Below, piece after piece: positions 8,701 to 13,923 of a stretch of DNA of 13,923 nucleotides. The DNA comes from Calditrichia bacterium. Lineage in GTDB: Bacteria > Calditrichota > Calditrichia > RBG-13-44-9. Position 1 is the first letter of the stretch; every line of letters begins with the position of its first letter. Under the pieces are notes generated by a model that was not told the origin of the DNA, searched no databases, and worked only from the letters and a program-made list of their open reading frames with translations. Location of the stretch: NCBI GenBank assembly GCA_037381445.1, contig JARRQT010000006.1, forward strand, positions 47,391 to 61,313, in the 5' to 3' direction. The position numbers and the translations under genes are program-made.

Positions 8701-10631
8701 CCATGCAGAAAAATCCTACCGGTGATAATAGGATTGTTGGATATATGGTTGCTCATAAAAATCAGCCAAAACCAGCTGTGCACGAAATGCGCGAATTTTT
8801 ACTCAAAGTCTTGCCCGACTATATGATTCCCTCTCTGTTCATGTATTTGGATGAGCTGCCGTTAACACCTAACGGCAAAGTCAACCGGAAAGCATTGCCT
8901 GTTCCGGAACTGGATCGCTCTATTATGAGGAATGGATTTGTTGCACCCAGGACTCCAAATGAAAAAATATTGGCAGAAATTTGGCAAAAGCTTTTAGGTC
9001 TTGAAAAGGTTGGCATTCGGGACAATTTCTTTGAATTGGGCGGCGATTCCATTATGAGTATTCGGGTTGTCGCCCGGGCGAATCAGGCCGGCTTGCGTAT
9101 CACTCCGATGCAAATGTTCAAACATCAGACAATTGGCGGGTTGGCAGCGGTAGCCGGAACAGCCAGACCAGTATTTGCGGAGCAGGACATCCTCACCGGT
9201 GAAGCAAATTTTTCGCCAATTCAATACTGGTTTTTCGAACAGGGATTTGTCCGCCAAAGCCATTGGAACCAATCTGTATTACTGGAAGTGGGACGCAAAA
9301 TGTCGGCGGACATTTTAAGACAGACTGTGCAATATATATTGATTCATCATGATGCCTTGAGAATGCGCTTCACAAACGATGGCTCGGGATGGCATCAGTC
9401 TTACTCGGCACTCACAGAAGAAATCCCATTCGACTATTTCGATCTCTCATCATATTCATCGGAAAGGCAGATTACAGAAGTTGAGCTGAAGGCCTCTGAA
9501 TTGCAAGGGAAGCTTGATGTGTCAAAGGGTCCGCTTATCCGGGTTGTCTATTTTGATCTTGGCAAAGAACACGCCGACAGACTGCTGATTGTGATCCATC
9601 ATTTGACTATCGATGGCATCTCCTGGCGGATTCTTCTGGAAGATATGCAAACTGTCTATCTGCAGTTGCGGTCAGGCCGGCAGGCTAAGCTGCCCCCGAA
9701 AACCACCTCATTCCGATATTGGGCCAAACGATTGCATGAATATGCCAATTCAGATCAGATTCGAAAAAATTTGGAATACTGGCTCTCGGTTCCTCGAAAA
9801 GATGCTGGGGCTCTGCCAAGGGATCACGGGGATGGAGATAACTTTGAGGGCGCATCTGATGCGATTGTGATATCCCTCGAGGAAGATAAAACCAGCCTGT
9901 TGCTAAGGCAGGTACCGGAAAAATTCAATACACAAATAATCGAGGTTTTATTAACAGCATTGATGCGTGCTTTTTCAAGATGGACCGGAAAACGATCGCT
10001 GTTAATTGATTTGGAATCCCACGGCCGCGAAGATCTGTTCGAGGATATTGATCTTTCCCGTACCATTGGATGGTTCACATCTTTATACCCCGTCTGGCTT
10101 GATTTGGAAAAGAGTATTGAAATTGATGAATCCCTCGCAGTTATCAAAAGGCAAATTCGTGCCATACCTGACAACGGATTCGGTTTTGGAGTGATGAAAT
10201 ATCTCAGTAAGGACGAGAAATTTAAAGAGCAAATCAGATCATTGCCAAAGGCCGAGGTGAGCTTTAATTACCTGGGACAATTTGACGACCATTCATCCAA
10301 TGAACTCGGTTTAAAACTGGCGCACGAGAACAAAGGCCCGGAGCGTAATCCACAAGAAAAGAGGAATTATCTGCTGGACATAAGTGGCACCATTGGCGAT
10401 GGTTGTCTCCATATGCAGTGGCTTTATTGCAGAAACATTCACGATCGAAGCACAATTGTGAAATTATCCCAATGCGTTATGGACGAGTTGGAGTATATCA
10501 TCCAGCGATCCTTATCAGTTGAATCTGCCAATATTACTGCCTCTGATTTTGAAGACGTTGAACTGACTCAAGAAGATGTTGAAAATATAATCTCCGAAAT
10601 TGAGGAAGGTATCGATGATGAAGAGTCCTAA
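2718..10631 (+). CDS. NRPS subunit 2, bimodular C-A-T-C-A-T-E, 2637 aa
   Basis: Two C domains with HHIIADG (3246-3266) and HHIISDG (6435-6455). Two complete A domains (YTSGSTGRPKG, YTSGSTGQPKG, NGKINRKAL, NGKVNRKAL). T domains GGDSV (Ser 5844-5846) and GGDSI (Ser 9048-9050). E domain with SPIQYWFF, HHLTIDGISW, ESHGRE, RTIGWFTSLYPV, FNYLGQFD. C-terminal TASDF COM tail. Confidence 0.98.
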   Translation: MDDIQKRLENLSPEKLAFLMKKLKESGSAENIKSIISRRHNTDTYPMSFAQKRLWFMSQLEPESSFYNISAAIRLVGPLNISALKNTLNDIIRRHEMLRARFVLIKGEPVQKIVPSLEIEIPVTDITGLLSEQLNEKIQSLAVEEARRPFKLDKDPLLRVSLLKANDSDYVLLITMHHIIADGWSVGVFLREFSELYTAYVKKRKAVLPEIFIQYADYAQWQISLLDSEHIRKQLAYWTKQLKGMPPILELPTDRQRPAIQKYEGAHYSFKLVRVLSDSIRSFCKERGVSLFVFFLTVLKVLLYRYSHQTDFGVGIPLANRQRSLVENIIGFFVNTGVIRSNFRENIQFSELLKRVKASVMEAYDNQDPPFDKLVDILVPERELSHTPLYQVMFDMQKSAMDSFHLPDLSTDLLEVERGTAKTDLILTMEDSAGELGGTFEFNTDLFDHDTIHRMAGHYRALVFESVSRPNAQIKQLCILTEPEKRKIIKDWNTGTSEVFEEVCIHHVFESQAKKQPNAVALLEDNRRLTYGELNKLANQYAGYLRDLGVGPEVLVGICMKRSVEAIAAILAVLKAGGAYVPVDPENPRDRLKYIFEDAGLKILLTWSDIQENLPECGINMICLDRALDLISHYSTTDSQNQVSPSNLAYVIYTSGSTGRPKGTMLQHQGVWNLCKAIRRDFALGPGRVVLQFFSIGFDGSVADIFGAILNGGSLYLPEQTRMLSTEEWVSIISDFNIAHFLLPPSFLSGLPEKDIAGPKTFISGADLCTWDLANRWSQYHNFANAYGPTEATVASSWHAVKSQSAKSGSVPIGRPIDNVKFYILDRNLNPVPIGVSGELYIAGVNLARGYLHRPDLTAEKFIPNPFDHQSGSRLYKTGDLVRYLPDGNVEFLGRIDYQVKVRGFRIEIGEIEVVLNQHPKIKEALILAQEDTPGNKRLVAYIISAEKPDPSVSKLRSFLKEKLPEYMIPSAFVFLEKFPLNPNGKINRKALPLPELIRPNLSKEFVPPGTETENALAKIWQEVLGIEKVGIYDNFFELGGDSVQAAIVSNRIQELLGKPFQVKTIFLTDNIAQLASYIAEHSSDQIDGKPGQKDEIAIRPISRDRRLPLSFAQQRIWFLDQLEPGSPLYNIPLSVRIHGRLNVAILEKTINEIIRRHESLRTKFVNIDGEAFQEILPTFRIRLPIIDLSRLSPKKSESEARQIVDQEARYAFNLSQGSLIRCCLLKLGEDDFILTINMHHIISDGWSMRILINEMIQIYKAFARGQNSPLALPDIQYADYACWQREWLTEKVLENQINYWKRQLSDIPPVLELPTDYPRSAEQSHKGKRISFNIQQNLYDKITELCRSENITPYIFLLSAFQTLLFRYAGQSDISIGTPVAGRNRKELEDLIGFFVNTVVIRADLSDNPTFRQLLQRTRKITMEAHENQDVQFEKLVDLLVTSRDMSHTPLFQVMLSYDKFPFDVIDLEGLEFRPFQVTTGTSKFDLLLEIYEHEKRFDAIFEYNSTIFEQSTIERMISHFKNLLSAIVSDPDNHLPLFSILDKTEENQIIHEWNIGSDERPGSNFGELFEKQAAKTPHLVALAGENRQFSYSELNRKVNQLSHWLRRKGVRPEMLIGVFMDRIPEMIIAILGILKAGGAYVPLSPSYPQERLSFILHDAQIPVILTQNDLLPSLPEDISRFFCLDTGWSEIAEESEKNPTPRALPQNTAYVIYTSGSTGQPKGVAIQHDSMIHLWNALDYQIYSKYAKGKCCVSLNAPISFDASVQQLVSLLGGHTLHILPEEVRINGEKLANFIRECRMDVLDCVPSQLKLLTGAGLFGNEKWQPSICLPGGEAIDKTMWKELISEEGTDFFNMYGPTECTVDTTICHIRQKENPVIGKPIRNSQVYLLDNYMQLVPIGVIGEIYIGGFGLGRGYWNRPDLTAERFVPNPFRKKPGERLYRSGDLGRWLPDGSIEFLGRTDHQVKLRGFRIELDEIEEAMRRHPSLANVVVTMQKNPTGDNRIVGYMVAHKNQPKPAVHEMREFLLKVLPDYMIPSLFMYLDELPLTPNGKVNRKALPVPELDRSIMRNGFVAPRTPNEKILAEIWQKLLGLEKVGIRDNFFELGGDSIMSIRVVARANQAGLRITPMQMFKHQTIGGLAAVAGTARPVFAEQDILTGEANFSPIQYWFFEQGFVRQSHWNQSVLLEVGRKMSADILRQTVQYILIHHDALRMRFTNDGSGWHQSYSALTEEIPFDYFDLSSYSSERQITEVELKASELQGKLDVSKGPLIRVVYFDLGKEHADRLLIVIHHLTIDGISWRILLEDMQTVYLQLRSGRQAKLPPKTTSFRYWAKRLHEYANSDQIRKNLEYWLSVPRKDAGALPRDHGDGDNFEGASDAIVISLEEDKTSLLLRQVPEKFNTQIIEVLLTALMRAFSRWTGKRSLLIDLESHGREDLFEDIDLSRTIGWFTSLYPVWLDLEKSIEIDESLAVIKRQIRAIPDNGFGFGVMKYLSKDEKFKEQIRSLPKAEVSFNYLGQFDDHSSNELGLKLAHENKGPERNPQEKRNYLLDISGTIGDGCLHMQWLYCRNIHDRSTIVKLSQCVMDELEYIIQRSLSVESANITASDFEDVELTQEDVENIISEIEEGIDDEES
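4230..5696 (+). other. Adenylation domain A2; code DGALIGAVAK; predicted bulky aromatic (Trp-like), uncertain
   Basis: Read from FDGSVA, HFLLPP, FISGAD, NAYGPTEATVA. PheA-like compact spacing with small pocket residues and no charged side-chain contacts. Confidence 0.45.
7416..8900 (+). other. Adenylation domain A3; code DAQDLGMVDK; predicted Gln (Glx family)
   Basis: Read from FDASVQ, VLDCVP, CLPGGE, NMYGPTECTVD. It differs by one residue from the Gln code DAQDLGVVDK that I recall for lichenysin synthetase module 1; the surfactin Glu code is DAKDLGVVDK. Confidence 0.75.
9198..10510 (+). other. Epimerisation (E) domain of module 3
   Basis: PIQxWF, HHLTIDGISW, KTTSF, ESHGRE (10014-10031), RTIGWFTSLYPV, PDNGFGFG, FNYLGQ. 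Preceded by a GGDSI-type T domain and followed by a DCL-type C domain in the next gene. The end boundary is approximate. Confidence 0.93.
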
Positions 10632-10660
10632 TCGGCAAAATAATATAGAAGCTATCTATC
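10536..10660 (+). other. COM donor/acceptor pair joining subunit 2 (E) to subunit 3 (DCL C)
   Basis: The donor TASDFEDVELTQEDVENIISEI matches the TPSDF..L.QEELD consensus. The acceptor NIEAIYPLSPMQQGMLFH matches the L(T/S)P(M/L)QEG-anchored acceptor of TycB/GrsB/SrfAC-type subunits. Confidence 0.85.
10602..10609 (+). promoter_or_regulatory. Putative Shine-Dalgarno (GAGGAAGG) for subunit 3, inside the 3' end of subunit 2
   Basis: Purine-rich GAGGAAGG ends 5 nt before ATG 10615 and 8 nt before ATG 10618. It could partly reflect the Glu-Glu-Gly codons of the upstream gene. Confidence 0.5.
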
Positions 10661-13600
10661 CACTTTCACCCATGCAGCAGGGGATGCTATTTCATACTAT
10701 TTATTATCCCACTTCGGGAGAGTATTTTGAACAATTAAGCTGCACATTGGCAGGTGATTTGGATATGGATGCTTTTATTAAAGCCTGGCAGCAGGCAGTA
10801 AATCGCCATACGATTCTTAGAACTTCATTCGTCTGGAAAAAACTCGATAAAATGCTGCAGGTTGTGCATCGGCAGGTCAATGTGCCGTACAAGATATTGA
10901 ATTGGCAGCACCTGTCAAAAAAAGAACAGGAAGCTGAATTCGGAAAATTTCTTAAGCAGGATCGGATAAAAGGCTTTGATTTATCGAAGGCGCCTCTGGT
11001 CCGTTTTGTATCGATTCGTATATCGGAAAGCCAATACAAATTTGTAATGAGTCATCACCATGTTTTAATAGATGGCTGGTCTTTGCCCATTTTGCTGAAA
11101 GAAGTATTCACATTTTATGCAGCATTTCATGAAGGAAATGATTTAAAATTATCGCCGGCCCGGCCTTACCATGATTATATAAATTGGCTGCAAAGGCAGG
11201 ATATGACGAAGGCCGAGAGATTTTGGCGCTCCTATCTAAAAGGATTTGTTGCTCCCACACCTATTCCTTTGCTTCGTCGCACTGAGGATGAAGTCAATAG
11301 ATATCAGAGTTATTCAAAAGAAAGAATTACATTACCCGCCAGTGATACACAGGCTCTACAACAACTGGCAAGAGAAAACAAGATAACGTTAAGTACTGTG
11401 ATCCAGGGTGCCTGGGCGCTCCTTCTCCACAAATATACGGGTGAAGATGATATCATCTTTGGAATGACCGTCTCGGGTCGCCCGGCTGAATTGCCGGATG
11501 TGGAATCGATGATAGGCCTGTTTATTAATACGCTTCCTGTCAGGATAAAAATCAGGAATAACATGCCGGTATGGAAATGGCTAAAAAAATTGCAGGCGGA
11601 TCAGATTGAATTGCGGGATTATGAATTTACTCCCCTGGTGCAAATTCAGGGGTGGAGCGAGATCTCCAGAAACCTGCCCCTGTTTCAAAGTCTGGTGGTT
11701 TTCGAGAATTATCCGCTTGATTCTTCTCTTAGAGTTCAAGTTGAAAATTTAAATTTTCAGGATATTAAGACCTATTCCAGAACTAATTACCCCATAAATC
11801 TTATATCCGCACCGGAAGATGAAATACCGCTCATTCTTGCTTACGACAGCAGTCGCTTTGAAAGAAAAGCTGTTCGGAGAATGCTGGCACATCTTCAAAT
11901 TCTGCTCAGTTCCTTTGCTACACAAATAGATAAGCCAATGATTGATCTTTCCGTGCTTACCGATGAAGAATTGGATCTGCTTAAGAAGAAATGGGTCGGC
12001 ACTCAAACTGATTATGGGGAAGGAGAATGCATCTCTGTCATATTTGAAGAACAGGTTTTGAAAACACCGGATAAAATTGCTCTGAGTCATGGCACTCACG
12101 AAATGACCTACCTTGAACTAAACAGGCAGGCCAATAAGCTGGCATGCTATTTAAGAAAAACCGGTGTAGGCCCCGAATCTATTGTAGGCCTGTATATCGA
12201 TCGTTCAATGGAAATGATTATCGGGATTCTAGCCATACTCAAGGCCGGAGGAGCCTATTTGCCATTGGACCCGCATTATCCGCGGCAACGCCTGGAATAT
12301 ATGATAGAAGATTCCGGGTCAACTATTCTGCTTACCACGCAGGAATTAAAGGAAATAGCTTCGGGATATCAGTGCAAGGTTGTCTGTTTGGATTTGGATG
12401 CATCAAAATTAGATTCGGAGGATGATAATAATCCGACCGCGAATATCACATCGCAGAATCTGGCCTATATCATCTATACTTCCGGTTCCACCGGAAAGCC
12501 TAAGGGCACCATGATGGAACATCATGGGATCGGCAATCTGATTGACAATATGCGACGGGATTTTCGCGTATCTGAGGAAAGCAGGCATCTTCAATTTGCT
12601 TCGTTCAGCTTTGATGCATCAATAGGAGAAATATTTGTGACCTTGCTGAGCGGAGGAACACTGGTATTGGCTGATCACGAGACGCTTATGTCCACCGATG
12701 ATTTGTTCCGCTTGCTTAACGATCAAAAAATTACACATGTTGTCATGCCCCCCTCTTTGCTTGCGATCCTCCCGAATGCACCGCTCCCGTATATGAAGAC
12801 AGTAGTATCTGCGGGAGAAAGTTGCTCCCGGGAAGTTGCACGGAGGTGGTCAAAAGACTATCACTTTTTGAATGGGTATGGTCCCACTGAAACAACGGTT
12901 GGCTGCAGTTGGGGGATATTGGGTCAACAATCCCCTGAAGCCGATTCAGTCCCCATTGGGAGAGCAATTGATAATGTCCAAATATATCTGTTGGATTCAT
13001 ATTCCAATCTGGTTCCGCCGGGAGTTTCCGGCGAGCTTTGTATTGGCGGAGCCGGCTTAGGCCGTGGATATCTGAACCGGCCTGATTTGACCGCCGAAAA
13101 ATTTATTCCCAACCCTTTTGCCAATACTCCGGGAGAACGTCTCTACAGAACAGGAGATCTGGCCCGATATTTACCAAACGGTGAATTGGAATTTGAGGGT
13201 CGGATCGATCACCAGGTGAAAATAAGAGGTTTTCGAGTGGAGTTGGGTGAAATAGATTTAATCCTGCGCAAACACTCCCAAGTCAAAGATGTGGTAATAA
13301 CCCTTTCCGAAGATAAACAGAATAGTAAGGTGTTATTGGCCTTTATTATTACTGAAGAAAAGGAATTTCTTAATATTAATGGACTCCGTGATTATTGCCG
13401 GCAGCATCTGCCTGAGTATATGATCCCTTCCTCATTTATCCGACTGGAAAAATTTCCACTGCTGCCCAACGGGAAAGTGGACCGGAAAGCGCTTCCCATT
13501 CCTGATGGACAAATATCCGCCGGTTCTGATAATTATGCGGCACCCAGAACGCCTGTTGAAGAATTACTGGCAGGGATTTGGTCGGATATTTTGCAGAAAA

Positions 13601-13923
13601 ATCATATCGGTGTAAATGATAATTTTTTCGACCTGGGCGGACACTCTCTTAAAATGACACAGTTGAGTTCACGGATCAGACAGATTTTTCAGATTGAAAT
13701 ACCACTGCGTGTTTTATTCGAATCCCCTACCATCTCAAAGATTGCTGAAAGAATTAAGATTAGTGGAAATGGTCGTGATACTCTGTCACTGCCTCCGATT
13801 AGAAGAATTCCCCGCGATGGCGAGTTGTCTCTTTCCTTTACCCAACAGCGCCTCTGGTTTCTTGATCAACTGGTTCCGGATAGCAATTATTACAATATTA
13901 ATTCAGCGGTTCGTCTGCAGGGA
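10615..13923 (+). CDS. NRPS subunit 3, 3'-truncated: C(DCL)-A-T-(C, start); at least 1103 aa; not in the supplied ORF track because no stop falls in the window
   Basis: Translated by hand in frame +1 from tandem ATG ATG at 10615/10618: (M)MKSPNRQNNIEAIYPLSPMQQGMLFH... HHHVLIDGWS (11053-11082), FGMTVSGRP, IGLFINTLPVR, VFENYP; A domain YTSGSTGKPKG, FDASIGE, NGYGPTE, YRTGD, NGKVDRKAL; T FFDLGGHSL (Ser 13645-13647); then LSFTQQRLWFLDQL..YNI. I found no in-frame stop up to base 13923. The start may be 10618. Confidence 0.96.
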   Translation, partial: MMKSPNRQNNIEAIYPLSPMQQGMLFHTIYYPTSGEYFEQLSCTLAGDLDMDAFIKAWQQAVNRHTILRTSFVWKKLDKMLQVVHRQVNVPYKILNWQHLSKKEQEAEFGKFLKQDRIKGFDLSKAPLVRFVSIRISESQYKFVMSHHHVLIDGWSLPILLKEVFTFYAAFHEGNDLKLSPARPYHDYINWLQRQDMTKAERFWRSYLKGFVAPTPIPLLRRTEDEVNRYQSYSKERITLPASDTQALQQLARENKITLSTVIQGAWALLLHKYTGEDDIIFGMTVSGRPAELPDVESMIGLFINTLPVRIKIRNNMPVWKWLKKLQADQIELRDYEFTPLVQIQGWSEISRNLPLFQSLVVFENYPLDSSLRVQVENLNFQDIKTYSRTNYPINLISAPEDEIPLILAYDSSRFERKAVRRMLAHLQILLSSFATQIDKPMIDLSVLTDEELDLLKKKWVGTQTDYGEGECISVIFEEQVLKTPDKIALSHGTHEMTYLELNRQANKLACYLRKTGVGPESIVGLYIDRSMEMIIGILAILKAGGAYLPLDPHYPRQRLEYMIEDSGSTILLTTQELKEIASGYQCKVVCLDLDASKLDSEDDNNPTANITSQNLAYIIYTSGSTGKPKGTMMEHHGIGNLIDNMRRDFRVSEESRHLQFASFSFDASIGEIFVTLLSGGTLVLADHETLMSTDDLFRLLNDQKITHVVMPPSLLAILPNAPLPYMKTVVSAGESCSREVARRWSKDYHFLNGYGPTETTVGCSWGILGQQSPEADSVPIGRAIDNVQIYLLDSYSNLVPPGVSGELCIGGAGLGRGYLNRPDLTAEKFIPNPFANTPGERLYRTGDLARYLPNGELEFEGRIDHQVKIRGFRVELGEIDLILRKHSQVKDVVITLSEDKQNSKVLLAFIITEEKEFLNINGLRDYCRQHLPEYMIPSSFIRLEKFPLLPNGKVDRKALPIPDGQISAGSDNYAAPRTPVEELLAGIWSDILQKNHIGVNDNFFDLGGHSLKMTQLSSRIRQIFQIEIPLRVLFESPTISKIAERIKISGNGRDTLSLPPIRRIPRDGELSLSFTQQRLWFLDQLVPDSNYYNINSAVRLQG
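12031..13497 (+). other. Adenylation domain A4; code DAGVVAGVGK; predicted large aromatic (Trp, Tyr or Phe derivative), uncertain
   Basis: Read from FDASIG, HVVMPP, VVSAGE, NGYGPTETTVG. PheA/Tyr-clade framework (xxSAGE) with Gly at 239, 322 and 331. Confidence 0.45.

Noticed and set aside
1267..12494. 20-bp exact direct repeat TATACTTCCGGTTCCACCGG at 1267-1286 and 12475-12494, and similar near-repeats at the RPDLTAEKFIPNPF and MHHII.DGWS codons
   Set aside because: Explained by conserved NRPS core motifs plus codon bias. There is no regular spacing or spacer structure, so these are not CRISPR, DGR or mobile-element repeats.
1..13923. Assignment to a named pathway (pyoverdine, lichenysin/surfactin, tyrocidine) or a gene symbol
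   Set aside because: Individual codes resemble those systems, but the module order, E placement and docking architecture do not match what I recall of them, and no database search could be run.

Overview
The whole window is the interior of a nonribosomal peptide synthetase (NRPS) gene cluster, about 99.8% coding, all on the + strand, with GC roughly mid-40s % by eye. It holds three consecutive NRPS genes. (1) <1..2694, 5'-truncated: the C-terminal half of a C domain, A, T and a C-terminal docking tail. (2) 2718..10631, complete, 2637 aa: docking helix, C(LCL)-A-T-C(LCL)-A-T-E, donor COM. (3) 10615/10618..>13923, 3'-truncated and missing from the supplied ORF track: acceptor COM, C(DCL)-A-T and the start of another LCL C domain. 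Hand-extracted Stachelhaus codes are DAENIGAITK (basic, probably Arg), DGALIGAVAK (large aromatic?), DAQDLGMVDK (Gln, epimerised to D) and DAGVVAGVGK (large or unusual aromatic?). The predicted segment is ...Arg?-Aro?-D-Gln-Aro?-X..., which I cannot match to a characterised pathway. A 15-residue insertion in the first C domain hints at an N-acylated (lipopeptide) product. No TE, MbtH, tailoring, RNA, mobile-element or CRISPR features are visible. All substrate calls come from manual alignment to GrsA-PheA and recalled reference codes, and need computational confirmation.
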